Assembly: GCA_005889535.1 (NCBI GenBank)
Contig: VBHC01000111.1
Location: 6,060-70,059, forward strand
Length of the DNA stretch: 64,000 nt
Reading direction: 5' to 3'
From: Chloroflexota bacterium
GTDB taxonomy: Bacteria; Chloroflexota; Dormibacteria; CF-121
Position numbers and translations under genes: made by a program. Shown one piece after another: positions 30,019-40,001 of this stretch; position 1 is the stretch's first letter, and every line of letters starts with the position of its first letter. Under the pieces are notes generated by a model. That model worked only from the letters and a program-made list of their open reading frames with translations. It was not told the origin of the DNA and did not search any database.

Positions 30019-31132
30019 TCCACACCGCCCGGCCGTACCAGGCGAGGCAGGCCAGCAGCACCACCGGTGCCAGGTTGACCAGCGGCCGTCCCAGGTCGAC
30101 GAGCAGGGCCAGCGCAATAGCGAGGCAGGCTGGCGCCGGGCTGGGCACCGCCCCCGCACGGTAGAGGACGAACCCGAGCCAGGCCGGCACGACCAGGAGG
30201 ACGGTGTCGTAGGGCAGCGCATGCGGAGAGAAGCCGATGGCGATCCCGGTCGCCAGGGTGGCGACGGCGATCGAGCTCCGGTGACGAATGGCAATTGGCG
30301 TCAGCACCGCCAGGACGACACCCCACATGGCGAAGCCGACGATGGTCGGCAGCGGTCCGGGAAGCAGGGGCGCGATGGTCGCGATCAGGCTCTCGTTGTA
30401 GCGCACCACGCCCTGGCCGGCGTCGAGGGCGCTCCAGACCATGGCCAGCAGACCGGATGGACCGCCGGCGAGCATCGGGCTGAGGCCCACGACGACGGCG
30501 CCCCCCATCGCCGCGCCCAGCGCCCGCCACTGGCGCCGGGCGCCAAGCAGGATCAGGTAGGCCGGCAGATACTGCGGCTTGAGCGCCAGCAGCAGGCCGC
30601 CAACGAAAGCCAGGCGCCATGAATCCCGGCACCAGGCACCGATGAGAAGGACTGCCCCCAGGAGAAGCAGCGCCGTTGACTGGCCCTCCGAGAGAAGAGC
30701 CCAGGTCGCCGGAAAGCCGAGCAGCCCCAGGAGCGCGATGGCCGGCGCCCGCCGGCCAAGCGGCAACCATCGCCCCATCAGGACGAGCGACAGGCAGAGC
30801 AGAAGAAGCGTGATGAGCTGCCAGGCGTGGAAGGCCACCTCCAGCGGAAGAAATGTCAGCGGCACCAGGGGCAACGCCCCTGCCAGCGGGGCGTCGAACG
30901 GGAGCCGCGGGTCAATCGCGTTGTCGGACAGGCGCAGCATCAGCGGGCCGAGTTGATCGGTCTGGTAGATGGCGTCCGGCCGGCCCTCGCGGATCAGCAG
31001 CGCCGCCGAATAGGTGATCGTGAAATCGGCGCTGCGGCGGGCGAGGCTGGACTCACGGCCCACGACGAGCAGGCCGGCGATCACGAACCCGACCGCCACG
31101 GCCATCGTCCACCGCTGCCAGCGGCCGGTCAT
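29978..31132 (-). CDS. GT87/DUF2029-like GT-C glycosyltransferase, copy 4
   Basis: Motifs ADFTITYSAALLIREGRPDAIYQ and LLLALKPQYLPAYLIL. Its 3' end overlaps the convergent copy 3 by 41 nt. Confidence 0.6.
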   Translation of the reverse strand: MTGRWQRWTMAVAVGFVIAGLLVVGRESSLARRSADFTITYSAALLIREGRPDAIYQTDQLGPLMLRLSDNAIDPRLPFDAPLAGALPLVPLTFLPLEVAFHAWQLITLLLLCLSLVLMGRWLPLGRRAPAIALLGLLGFPATWALLSEGQSTALLLLGAVLLIGAWCRDSWRLAFVGGLLLALKPQYLPAYLILLGARRQWRALGAAMGGAVVVGLSPMLAGGPSGLLAMVWSALDAGQGVVRYNESLIATIAPLLPGPLPTIVGFAMWGVVLAVLTPIAIRHRSSIAVATLATGIAIGFSPHALPYDTVLLVVPAWLGFVLYRAGAVPSPAPACLAIALALLVDLGRPLVNLAPVVLLACLAWYGRAVWIRRRRPPRVAQAA

Positions 31133-32730
31133 CGGGTCACCTCGAAGAGCGCCGCGCCGCCCTCACGCTCGATCAGCCGAAGTCCAGGGTCACGCTCGAG
31201 GCTGCCGGTGGCCTCGCCGTCGGTGGTGAGCACATAGTCGATATGGTTGGCCGCGAGAAACCTGGCGCGCTCGACCTGGTCCCAGTCATGAAAAAAGGCC
31301 AGCGCTTCGGAGGACTTGCGGGGGGCATCGATCGTCATCTCCGGGTGGCCGGCGAAGACGCGGGCATCGGTCTGCGCCGGGACGAAGATGCCGTCGAGGT
31401 AGGTGGTCAGCACCAGATCCCGGGCCGATACCTGCGGGGCCAGCCGCGCCAGGAGCACGGCTTCCGCGCGGCTCTCGTACTCCGCCCGCGGATCCAACCG
31501 GAAGCCCGCGACCCAGTACGCCTGAGCGAGGCTGAAGATTCCAAAAAAACTCGAGGCCGTGAGCGCCACAGCCAGCAGCCGCCGCCGCCAGCGAAGCCCC
31601 CGAACTTCGCGCAGCAGCGCAAGCAGGCCGGGCGTTGCGCACAACCCGAATGGGATGGAGCTGGCCATGAAACTGCGGCCCAGAACTCCGCTGATGCCGG
31701 GCGAAAACATGAAGATCGTCATCCCCGCGATCCACAGCGCGGGGAGCAGAAGATCACCGCGAAGCCGGCGGCGCCAGATCGCCACGACGATCAAGCCGCT
31801 GGCCATCAGGTGCGAGAGGACCAGGAACCCGAACGGATCGCCCACCTCCAGCACCGGACGGATCACCGACAGAGCGGCGGGCGTTGTGCGCCAGACCCAG
31901 AACAGATAGATCAGATATGGCAGCTGCACCAATGCGCCGGCTAACGCAAACCAGCCGGCGTGGCGATGCCGCCGAACGATCGACCAGCCCAGCAGCGCGC
32001 CCACGGCGAGAAGGGCGAGCTGCGGATAGATCAGCTGCAGGCCCAGGATTGCCGCGATTCCACCGAGCAGCCAGCGCCGGCTGGCGCGATGACGCAGGCG
32101 GAGCCCGGCCACCATCGTCAAACACATCAGCGCCATGGCCCAGGACAGATGCGGCGCCATCGCGATCAGGTCCGCCACGCTGGTGCCAGGGACGCTCATC
32201 TCGGTGGCACGGGTGACGACCGGCCCGATGTGGACCTCGCTCGGCAGGAGCGCGCCGACGCCGCCCCCCAGGACGCAGAGCAGGAAGGCCCAGCGGCGCA
32301 GCAGCCGTGGCCGAAACAATTCCCCGGTCAGCATGAAGACCGCGGCCAGTAGGGCTCCCGCTGCGGCCACCCGCGCGAGGTGATAGAGCCATGGCCCGGC
32401 CGCCCAACCCAGCAGGTGAGCCGGCCACAGGTACCAGGAGTAGAGCACGATGCCGGGCAGGGTCTCCGCTGTGAACGCGGAGTGGAAGAGCCAGGCGCCC
32501 TGCCAGCCGGTGCGCCACATCGCCTGGTAGACGTACGCGTCGCGGGCGATGACGACGTATCCGGAGAACACGCTGTCCGCTGGCACGCGAATGGCGGCGA
32601 GCGCGATCGGCGGAATCGTGAGCAGGCAGAGCACGGCACCGACGACCGCCGGCCACCGCCAGGCTGCCGGACCGCGCCTCGTCCGGGGGTTTTGCTCAGC
32701 CACCGCCCAGCGGCGCGCGGCGAAGGCCAT
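31129..32730 (-). CDS. ArnT/PMT-like (GT39/GT83-type) GT-C glycosyltransferase with C-terminal extracytoplasmic domain, copy 1
   Basis: First-loop motif YVVIARDAYVYQAMWRTG resembles the ArnT/PMT D-E-x-x-Y...R signature. Paralog of 35322..36953, including the C-terminal domain. Coupled to its neighbours by 4-nt and 1-nt overlaps. Confidence 0.5.
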   Translation of the reverse strand: MAFAARRWAVAEQNPRTRRGPAAWRWPAVVGAVLCLLTIPPIALAAIRVPADSVFSGYVVIARDAYVYQAMWRTGWQGAWLFHSAFTAETLPGIVLYSWYLWPAHLLGWAAGPWLYHLARVAAAGALLAAVFMLTGELFRPRLLRRWAFLLCVLGGGVGALLPSEVHIGPVVTRATEMSVPGTSVADLIAMAPHLSWAMALMCLTMVAGLRLRHRASRRWLLGGIAAILGLQLIYPQLALLAVGALLGWSIVRRHRHAGWFALAGALVQLPYLIYLFWVWRTTPAALSVIRPVLEVGDPFGFLVLSHLMASGLIVVAIWRRRLRGDLLLPALWIAGMTIFMFSPGISGVLGRSFMASSIPFGLCATPGLLALLREVRGLRWRRRLLAVALTASSFFGIFSLAQAYWVAGFRLDPRAEYESRAEAVLLARLAPQVSARDLVLTTYLDGIFVPAQTDARVFAGHPEMTIDAPRKSSEALAFFHDWDQVERARFLAANHIDYVLTTDGEATGSLERDPGLRLIEREGGAALFEVTR

Positions 32731-34046
32731 CAGGCGGCGAGCCGCCCAGCCCGGTCCGCGCGCGACGGCGCCAGGCTCGCCGCGCCCAGGGGCAGGACAC
32801 AGAGGAACAGGGTGATCACGACCGCGACGTAGTTGTCGTTGAAGAACCGCGCGAAGAACATGAAGGCGAGCAGGGCACCGGCGTAGCCAGCCATCCAGCG
32901 ACCGACGGTCGGCCGTCGAGTCAGCGCGCGGCCGGCCAGCCAGATCACCGGTACCACGGCGGCGAGCTGAAACGCCCCGAACGGAAACGCGTCGGTGCGG
33001 TGAGTGATGAGGCCGGTCGCATAAAGCATGGCGCCAAAGCCATAGCCTTGAATTGGATAGGCATCGGGTACCCCGCCGCTGGTGTAGAGGACGACGTCCG
33101 TCCAGAAGGCCTGCGGATTGGCGATGAAGAATGGAATGATCGTCACGATCGGGGTGATGACCAGGACGGCGAGACTGGTGAGCAGCTCACGATGGCCCTG
33201 GCCGGAACGCCACCGCGTGAGGAGCAGGAGCAGCAAGAAGGGCACCGCCAGCCAGGCGAACGGTTTCAACGCGACCGCAATGCCGAGCGCGCCGGAGGCC
33301 AGGATCGGATGGCCACGCGACAGGAACGTCAGGCTCAGAAGCACGGCGGCCAGGAACTCGATGTCGTTGCGCCCCGACCACAGGTACAGCGTGATCAGAG
33401 GGCTGACGTAGATCGCAGCCATCAGCATCATGCGGCGCTCCGCGGAGAGCGGCAGCGCCGCGATGGCGATGAGGCCGAGCAGAGCGAAACCGATGAGAAC
33501 GATCCGGTAGTCGAAGGGCAGGCCGAGCGCGCCGGTCAGCAACCGGAATGGAATCCCAACCAGCACGGTCAGCGGAAGGTACGCCATGTGGTGCAGCGCC
33601 GGGTTGCCACCGGTGGTCAGATCCCAGGGCAGCCTGGCCATCGGCGTGGCGGACCAGTCGACGCCGTAGACCGGCTGCCCGCCGAGGACTCGGTCGATCG
33701 CCGACTCGACCTGGAGCATGCCGTCGTGCTCCATGGTGAGCCCGACCCTCGGCCGCTCGAGCATCGCAGACAGCGTCGGTCCGATGGCGGTGAAGGCGCC
33801 GAGCGCCGCCACGCCCCAGGTCGCTAACCCGGGACCCGGCTTGAGCCGGACCAGTACCAGCACCACGACCAGGCCGACCGTGGCGGTCGCCGGCAGCCAG
33901 ATTCCGATATGCGGCCGCAGCGTCCACAACACCGACAGCTGGAGCCCGCCGAGCACCGCCAGGTAGGCGAACGGGGTGGTCAACCGGGCGGCGACCCGGG
34001 TCAGCGATACCCCAAGTCCACCGGCCGGCGGTCGTGCGCCAGCCAT
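32730..34046 (-). CDS. GT87/DUF2029-like GT-C glycosyltransferase, copy 5
   Basis: Motifs MEHDGMLQVESAIDRVLGGQPVYG and GIAVALKPFAWLAVPFLLLLL. Confidence 0.55.
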   Translation of the reverse strand: MAGARPPAGGLGVSLTRVAARLTTPFAYLAVLGGLQLSVLWTLRPHIGIWLPATATVGLVVVLVLVRLKPGPGLATWGVAALGAFTAIGPTLSAMLERPRVGLTMEHDGMLQVESAIDRVLGGQPVYGVDWSATPMARLPWDLTTGGNPALHHMAYLPLTVLVGIPFRLLTGALGLPFDYRIVLIGFALLGLIAIAALPLSAERRMMLMAAIYVSPLITLYLWSGRNDIEFLAAVLLSLTFLSRGHPILASGALGIAVALKPFAWLAVPFLLLLLLTRWRSGQGHRELLTSLAVLVITPIVTIIPFFIANPQAFWTDVVLYTSGGVPDAYPIQGYGFGAMLYATGLITHRTDAFPFGAFQLAAVVPVIWLAGRALTRRPTVGRWMAGYAGALLAFMFFARFFNDNYVAVVITLFLCVLPLGAASLAPSRADRAGRLAA

Positions 34047-34104
34047 GACGACGGTGTAACGACGAGTGTGAGGAACCCCTTCTCCGGGGCGTTATAGGCT
34101 GGCA

Positions 34105-35343
34105 GTGTCGTTTCCTCCCTCCGCGGCTCGGGCGATGCCGGCTGCGCCCGCCTCACGGAAGGTTCGGCCGGCGTTCGTCGCCCAGGCCGGCTTGATCGGC
34201 TCTGCGATCGCCGTCTATCTCGTCGTCCTCGGTGCCGCCGGGTTACGCCACCAGGACCTCGCCGCCTACCTGGGCGCCGCCCGCGACATCTTTGATGGGG
34301 CGCCGCTCTACGCCACGTTCCTCCACCATCCATTCCCCGACCCGACGCTGAGGCCGGCGTTCATCTACCCGCCGGTGTTCGCCCTGCTGATCGCTCCGTT
34401 GGGGCTGCTGCCTGAGGCGCTGGCGAGCGCGATCTGGCTGTTGATCGGCCAGGCGTCACTGATCGGCGCGATCGCCCTCATCGTTCGCTGGCGAAGGCCA
34501 CCAGGCTGGGCGGTGACCACGCTGGTGCTGGCGACCCTGACCTTCTATCCGCTGTGGATCGATGCCGTGCAGGGTCAGGCGAACCTGCCAATCCTGCTGC
34601 TGGTTACCGCCGGCATCATCGGCATCGTCCAGGGCCGGCCGCGGTTCGGTGCGGCGCTGGGGGTCGCCGCCGCATTGAAGCTGACCCCGATCATCCTGCT
34701 GGTCTGGCTCGTGCTCGACCGCCGCCTTCGAGCGGCGGGCTGGATGGTCGGCGCCCTCGCCGCCCTCACCGGCGTTGGCGCGGTATTTCGCTTCCACGAC
34801 ACTGTCGTCTTTGTCGGGCAAGTCCTGCCCACCCTGGGCCACGGCACGGCCTTCTACGCCAACCAGTCGCTTAGCGGTTTTCGCGTCCGGGTTTCCAGTG
34901 CCAACCCCTACACCCGGCCGTGGGTCGAGATTCCGTGGGCCTTCCTCCTGCCTGCCGCCGTCGGCGTTCTCCTCGTCGGCGGGTGGTTCTGGCGTACGCA
35001 GCATCATTCGGGGCTGGCCCGCTGTGCCGCCTTCATACCGCTGATCCCGCTGCTGTCGTCGGTGACGTGGCCGCATCATCTTGTCATCCTGCTGCCCGTC
35101 ATCTGGTTGGGCGCCATCGCCCTCGCCGAACGCGAGTGGCCGATCATCCCCACGGTTGCCCTCGCCGGCTTGCTCTTCGTCTTCAGCGTGCTGTCCCGCT
35201 ATCCGGCCGGCCCGGCCTTTGGCCAGGCGGGTTTCCGCGATGCCCAGACCCACGACCCCATCGTGTTCGTGGCATCCAACGCGATGTTCTTTGGAACCCT
35301 GATGGTCTTTCTGGCCGCACCATGGCTGCTGCGCTCCCGCTAG
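34105..35343 (+). CDS. GT87/DUF2029-like GT-C glycosyltransferase, copy 6
   Basis: Motifs RHQDLAAYLGAARDIFDGAPLYA and AAALKLTPIILLVWLVL. Transcribed divergently from copy 5 across a 58-bp intergenic region. Confidence 0.6.
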   Translation: MSFPPSAARAMPAAPASRKVRPAFVAQAGLIGSAIAVYLVVLGAAGLRHQDLAAYLGAARDIFDGAPLYATFLHHPFPDPTLRPAFIYPPVFALLIAPLGLLPEALASAIWLLIGQASLIGAIALIVRWRRPPGWAVTTLVLATLTFYPLWIDAVQGQANLPILLLVTAGIIGIVQGRPRFGAALGVAAALKLTPIILLVWLVLDRRLRAAGWMVGALAALTGVGAVFRFHDTVVFVGQVLPTLGHGTAFYANQSLSGFRVRVSSANPYTRPWVEIPWAFLLPAAVGVLLVGGWFWRTQHHSGLARCAAFIPLIPLLSSVTWPHHLVILLPVIWLGAIALAEREWPIIPTVALAGLLFVFSVLSRYPAGPAFGQAGFRDAQTHDPIVFVASNAMFFGTLMVFLAAPWLLRSR

Positions 35344-36953
35344 ACCGGCCGCGTCCACGCCCGACCGCCCGCCGGCGACCGCGGCTCACCTTTGCCCTCG
35401 GCTTCGCTGCGGCCATCGCGGCGCTCTCGCTTCTGCCGTATCTGCTGGCCTACGCCTGGACGCCGCCTGGCCATCATTTCGCCGGCTTCTTCTTCATCGC
35501 CGACGACGCCACAACTTACCTCGCGAAGATGAGGCAGGGTGCGGACGGCTCCTGGCTCTGGTCCGATCCCTACACGAGCGAGCCGCATGGTGGCGTCTTT
35601 CTGTTCGGTTTCTATCTGCTGTTCGGCCATCTGGCCGCGCTGCTTCATCTCCCGCTGATCGCCACCTATCACCTCGCCCGGATTTCCGGCGCCCTCGTGC
35701 TCGTGCTGGCGGTCGACCGTCTCTGCCGGCGGCTGCTCCCGCCCGAGCTTCGCCGCCTCGGACTGGTCCTCGTCATCCTGGGGTCGGGCCTCGGCTTTCT
35801 CGCGCAGGCAGCGGGCAATCCCGCCATCTTTGGCACCAAGCTCGAGGCGCTCGACCTCCATCTTCCCGAGCTGAGCGGCTGGTACTCGATCATCGCCATC
35901 CCGCACTTCGCCTGGGCGACGGCGCTCATCATCGCGAGCCTGCTGGGGCTGCTGCAGATCGCCGATCGGCCTGGCCGGCGCTCCGTGGCGCTGACCTCGG
36001 CGGCGCTCCTGGCGCTCACCGCGATCCATCCCCAGATGATCCCGGTCATCGCCATCATCTGGATCGGGTACCAGGTGCTGCTGCTGGCGTGGGGCCGGCG
36101 ACCCGCATGGCGAACCCTCGCCGCCGAGATGGTGCCGTTTATCGCCACCGCGCCGCTGCTCGCCTACAACGCCTGGATCCTCTTCTCCGACCCGACCATC
36201 GCCGAATGGGCACGGCAGTGGCGCCATCAGGCGCCGGCCCCACTCAGCCTCGCGGTCAGCCTGGGGGTTCCCCTCCTGCTGGCCATCGGCGGGATGGTGA
36301 TCGTCTGGCGGCGCCGCGACCAGGGCCTGGCGCTAATGCTGACGTGGCCGCCGCTGGTCATCCTCCTCCTCTACCTTCCCAACCTGGCGAACATTCAGCG
36401 CCGGCTGCTCGACGCGCTCTACGTCCCGATCGGCATCCTGGCGGCGATCGGCCTCCGCGCCCTGACGGCCCGCCTCCGCCGCGCCTCCGCCCGCCGGGTC
36501 ACCGCCATCCTGGTGACCACATGCTGCTTCGCCTCGGCCATCGTGCTGGCCATCGCCCTGCGCTTCGCTTCGGGCGCCTTTCCCGAGGCCTACGTGGGCA
36601 ACGATGGCTGGCAGGCCATGGCCTGGCTGTCCGCGCACCATCAGGCCGGCGACCGGGCGCTTTCCTCTCCCCAGGCGGGGCAGCTACTGCCCGCCTGGGC
36701 CGGGGTCAGTGTCTACGTCGGCCACTACAGCGAAACGCTCGACTATTTCCAGAAGATCCACAACGTCGCGACCGTGCTCACCCCGGGCCAGCCGCCGGCA
36801 ACCGTGCAGGGATTTCTCAAGGCCAACGGCATCACGCTGCTGTACTGGGGACCCGACGAGGCAAAAACCGGCTTCATGCCGGCGGGGCAACCGTATTTGC
36901 AGGCTGTGCATGACGAGGGCACCGTCGTCATCTATCGGGTGATGGGAGGATAG
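35322..36953 (+). CDS. ArnT/PMT-like GT-C glycosyltransferase with C-terminal domain, copy 2
   Basis: Motif FFFIADDATTYLAKMRQG. Paralog of 31129..32730. The ATG at 35322 overlaps the upstream gene by 22 nt. The ORF-track 677-aa form is an upstream extension. Confidence 0.5.
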   Translation: MAAALPLDRPRPRPTARRRPRLTFALGFAAAIAALSLLPYLLAYAWTPPGHHFAGFFFIADDATTYLAKMRQGADGSWLWSDPYTSEPHGGVFLFGFYLLFGHLAALLHLPLIATYHLARISGALVLVLAVDRLCRRLLPPELRRLGLVLVILGSGLGFLAQAAGNPAIFGTKLEALDLHLPELSGWYSIIAIPHFAWATALIIASLLGLLQIADRPGRRSVALTSAALLALTAIHPQMIPVIAIIWIGYQVLLLAWGRRPAWRTLAAEMVPFIATAPLLAYNAWILFSDPTIAEWARQWRHQAPAPLSLAVSLGVPLLLAIGGMVIVWRRRDQGLALMLTWPPLVILLLYLPNLANIQRRLLDALYVPIGILAAIGLRALTARLRRASARRVTAILVTTCCFASAIVLAIALRFASGAFPEAYVGNDGWQAMAWLSAHHQAGDRALSSPQAGQLLPAWAGVSVYVGHYSETLDYFQKIHNVATVLTPGQPPATVQGFLKANGITLLYWGPDEAKTGFMPAGQPYLQAVHDEGTVVIYRVMGG

Positions 36954-36956
36954 ACG

Positions 36957-38564
36957 GTGGCGATGCTCGAGCCGGTTCGAAGGCCGGCGGCGATTGTTGC
37001 TCACCGTCGATGGCCTTCGCCGGCGCTGATCGCCCAGGGACTGGCGGTCACCCTCTTTTTCTCGCTGGCCGCGCTGCGCTTTACGATCGCGCCCCTTGAC
37101 CGCTACGACGAAGGCGTCACCCTGACCAAAGCCGCCCTGACGGCGGCCGGGTCGATTCCCTTTCGCGACTACTGGATCACCTATGGACCACTGGACACAT
37201 ACGCGCTGGCCGCTGCGTTCAAAGCATTCGGGATCAACCTGGTCATCGAGCGGGCCCTGGGGGTCGTGGTGCTGGGGCTGCTGTTCCTGGTTACGTATGC
37301 AGTGACCGGGCGACTCGGGCTGCGCGGTGGCATGCGGTTGCTCCTCACCGGGCTCATCAGTGTGGTACCGATCTCGGTTCCCGCCTTCAACTCCGCGTTC
37401 CTGGCAAACCTGGTCGGCGTGTCGGCGGTGCTGGCCTTCCTCTGCGGCATCGATGACGACCGGGCGCGCTGGCCGCTGCTGGCCGGGGCCCTGGTCGGAC
37501 TGGCATCCTTCTCTCGACCCGAGTTCGCCCTTGCGCTCGGAATCGGGCTGGGCGCCGGCTATCTGGTGATGGGGCTAACGATCATGTCAGTCCGGGACCG
37601 GCTGATGCCCTATGTGCTCGGTGCCGTGAGCGTTGCCGCCGGCCTCTGGGGTGGCACAGTCCTCATGGCCGGAATCAGGCCCGTCTGGTTCGACCTGGTC
37701 ACCTATGCCACCAGCCTCTACCCGCGGGCTCGTGGCATCCCGTTCGGTCAGGGTGACGAGGCCCCCATCGTGATCGTCCTCGGCGTGGTGTTTTCGCTGA
37801 TCTGGGTCTGGGCGACCATCCGCGCCTACCGCCAGCGCGCGGTCGCCGGTGAGCGAGCCCGGCTGGCGGCGCTGCTCGTCGGCGGCATGCTGATCTTCAC
37901 CTGGGTGCGCACCCGGGCCGACGGGATTCACGCGATGGACGCCTGGCCGCTGACGGCCATCCTGCTCGCCCTGCTGCTCGAGCGCCGCGGCCGGCAGGTC
38001 CGACCGGCGACTGGCGCGCTGCCGGCGCTGGTGCCAATCGCCGGCATCCTCTTGTTGAGCCTGGGGGCGGGCGGGCTAGCCTATCGCGACCTGGCCCGGC
38101 CGCACGCCGCGGCCGGCATTCCGCACAGCGGCATCAGTGGCCAACGCGCCTGGATGCCGACGCCCGAGCTGGCCGGCGTCATTCGGGAGATCGATGCGGT
38201 CACCCCGCCCGACCGTCCCATCTGGGTCGGACTCCAGCGAAATGACCTGGTCACCTTCAACGACACGATGCTCTACTTTCTCAGCGGCAGAAAGCCCGGC
38301 ACCGTCTACTACGAGACCCTGCCCGGCCTTACCAATAGTGAGCCCGTCGAGCGGGCCATCGCGTGTCAGCTGGCGCGCGCCGGCGTCGAGTTGGCCGTGC
38401 TCGGCCCAAATGGCGCCGGCGAGCCGTGGAATCTGAGCTCAGTCAATGGGTCGCCGTATCTCGATCAGTGGTTGGCCGCTCGTACGACGGCCCGTTCGCA
38501 GCTCGGCCCCTATCTGCTGCTCAGGCTGACGCCTGGTTTGCGTCCTTCAGACCGATGTCCTTAG
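36957..38564 (+). CDS. GT-C-like membrane glycosyltransferase (DE-motif first loop) with C-terminal soluble domain
   Basis: First-loop motif LDRYDEGVTLTKAAL, ~10 TM segments and a ~170-aa C-terminal hydrophilic domain. Its 3' end overlaps the convergent GT2 gene by 44 nt. Confidence 0.5.
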   Translation: MAMLEPVRRPAAIVAHRRWPSPALIAQGLAVTLFFSLAALRFTIAPLDRYDEGVTLTKAALTAAGSIPFRDYWITYGPLDTYALAAAFKAFGINLVIERALGVVVLGLLFLVTYAVTGRLGLRGGMRLLLTGLISVVPISVPAFNSAFLANLVGVSAVLAFLCGIDDDRARWPLLAGALVGLASFSRPEFALALGIGLGAGYLVMGLTIMSVRDRLMPYVLGAVSVAAGLWGGTVLMAGIRPVWFDLVTYATSLYPRARGIPFGQGDEAPIVIVLGVVFSLIWVWATIRAYRQRAVAGERARLAALLVGGMLIFTWVRTRADGIHAMDAWPLTAILLALLLERRGRQVRPATGALPALVPIAGILLLSLGAGGLAYRDLARPHAAAGIPHSGISGQRAWMPTPELAGVIREIDAVTPPDRPIWVGLQRNDLVTFNDTMLYFLSGRKPGTVYYETLPGLTNSEPVERAIACQLARAGVELAVLGPNGAGEPWNLSSVNGSPYLDQWLAARTTARSQLGPYLLLRLTPGLRPSDRCP

Positions 38565-39282
38565 TCGGGTGTTTGCGGACACGTCCGGGGATGGCCAGCA
38601 GCTCGAGGAACATCGCCGTCGAGTCGCGGATCGGGTGCACCCGGCTCTGCGGCGAGTTGATCCAGCGGGTCGGCACCTCAACAACCTGGTAGCCGGCGTG
38701 CTGCGCTCGGTAGAGCACCTCCACGTCGAAGCCGAAGCCTCGGGTCTGTAGCACCGGAAAGACCCGGTCCGCGACTTCCGCCGTGAATGCCTTGAAGCCG
38801 CACTGCGTGTCGTGCACGCCGCCGAGCACGAAGATGCGGACCAACCGGTTGAAGATCTTGCCCATGGTTTCCCGGTACCAGGGCTGATGCAGCTCCACCT
38901 GGGAGGACCGCAATCCGCGGGAGGCGATCGCTACTCCGGCCCCGGTGTGAAGCGGACGCAGCAGCTTTTCCATGTCATCAATGGGAACACTCAGGTCCGC
39001 ATCGCTGAACACCCGGTAACGACCACGAGCCGCCACCATCCCGAGTCGCACCGCCACGCCCTTGCCGGCATTCCGCTCCGCGACGACCAGCTTCAGCTGC
39101 GGCCAGCGCTTCGCCCGCTGCGCAACAACTTCGGCTGTGGCATCGCGGCTGCCGTCATCGACCACGATCACCTCGGCGGTGAGGCCTGCGCGCTTGAGGT
39201 AGGCCTCAATCCGGTCCAGGGTGGCGGGCAGCCGCAGCGCTTCGTTGAAGGCCGGGATCACGATTGAAATCTCCGGCGTCAT
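38521..39282 (-). CDS. GT2 polyprenyl-phosphate hexose synthase (DPM1/ALG5-like)
   Basis: IVIPAFNE, VVDDGSRD, GKGVAV and DADLS motifs. Soluble, ~250 aa. Confidence 0.7.
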   Translation of the reverse strand: MTPEISIVIPAFNEALRLPATLDRIEAYLKRAGLTAEVIVVDDGSRDATAEVVAQRAKRWPQLKLVVAERNAGKGVAVRLGMVAARGRYRVFSDADLSVPIDDMEKLLRPLHTGAGVAIASRGLRSSQVELHQPWYRETMGKIFNRLVRIFVLGGVHDTQCGFKAFTAEVADRVFPVLQTRGFGFDVEVLYRAQHAGYQVVEVPTRWINSPQSRVHPIRDSTAMFLELLAIPGRVRKHPTKDIGLKDANQASA

Positions 39283-40001
39283 GCGGCCTTCTCCACTTTC
39301 CGCATCTCGGCTTTGAAGGCGAGCAACTCACGGAAGGCGCGTGCCACGACACGCAGGTTGGCGCCGGTCTGTTTGCCGGACATGCGCGGATAATGGTGCA
39401 CCGGCACTTCCACGATGCGGGCATGCATCTGGCGGGCCAGGACCAGCACCTCGGTATTGATCAGGGCGCCATCCGAATGCAACGCCATGCGGGCAAGGAG
39501 ATCGCGCCGGATCAATTTGAAGGCGCAGTTGACGTCGCGCACCAGCCGGCCGAAGATGAGCCGCACCAGCGTGAAGAAGGCCCAGGCGTTGAGCCGCCGA
39601 AGCAGCGGGTCGCGGCGGCGCTTGCGGTACCCGGCCACGATATCGGCGTCGGCCGCCCGGGCGAGCAGCTGTGCGACCTCCACGGGATCAAACTGGTTGT
39701 CAGCATCCATCAGGAAAATCCAGGGAAACCGCGCGGCCTGGAATCCCGATCGCAGCGCGGCGCCGTATCCGCGATTGACCGGGTGGCGAACCACCCGCAG
39801 GTTCGGATGAGTGGTCTTGAGCCGGTCCAGCACGGCCGGGCTGCCGTCCTGGCTGCCGTCGTCGACCACGACGATCTCGAAGGCGCGAGCATGCCTCTCG
39901 AGCGCCTTCGCCATCCGGCCGACCGATTCCTCCAGGTTGGCGGCCTCGTTGAAGGCCGGCAGGACGGCGCTGATCTCCACCGATGACGCAACGGCGGTCA
40001 T
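39279..40001 (-). CDS. GT2 polyprenyl-phosphate hexose synthase (GtrB/Dpm1-like), second tandem copy
   Basis: LPAFNE, VVDDGSQDGS, NRGYGAAL and MDADNQ motifs. 4-nt overlaps with the genes on either side. Confidence 0.7.
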   Translation of the reverse strand: MTAVASSVEISAVLPAFNEAANLEESVGRMAKALERHARAFEIVVVDDGSQDGSPAVLDRLKTTHPNLRVVRHPVNRGYGAALRSGFQAARFPWIFLMDADNQFDPVEVAQLLARAADADIVAGYRKRRRDPLLRRLNAWAFFTLVRLIFGRLVRDVNCAFKLIRRDLLARMALHSDGALINTEVLVLARQMHARIVEVPVHHYPRMSGKQTGANLRVVARAFRELLAFKAEMRKVEKAA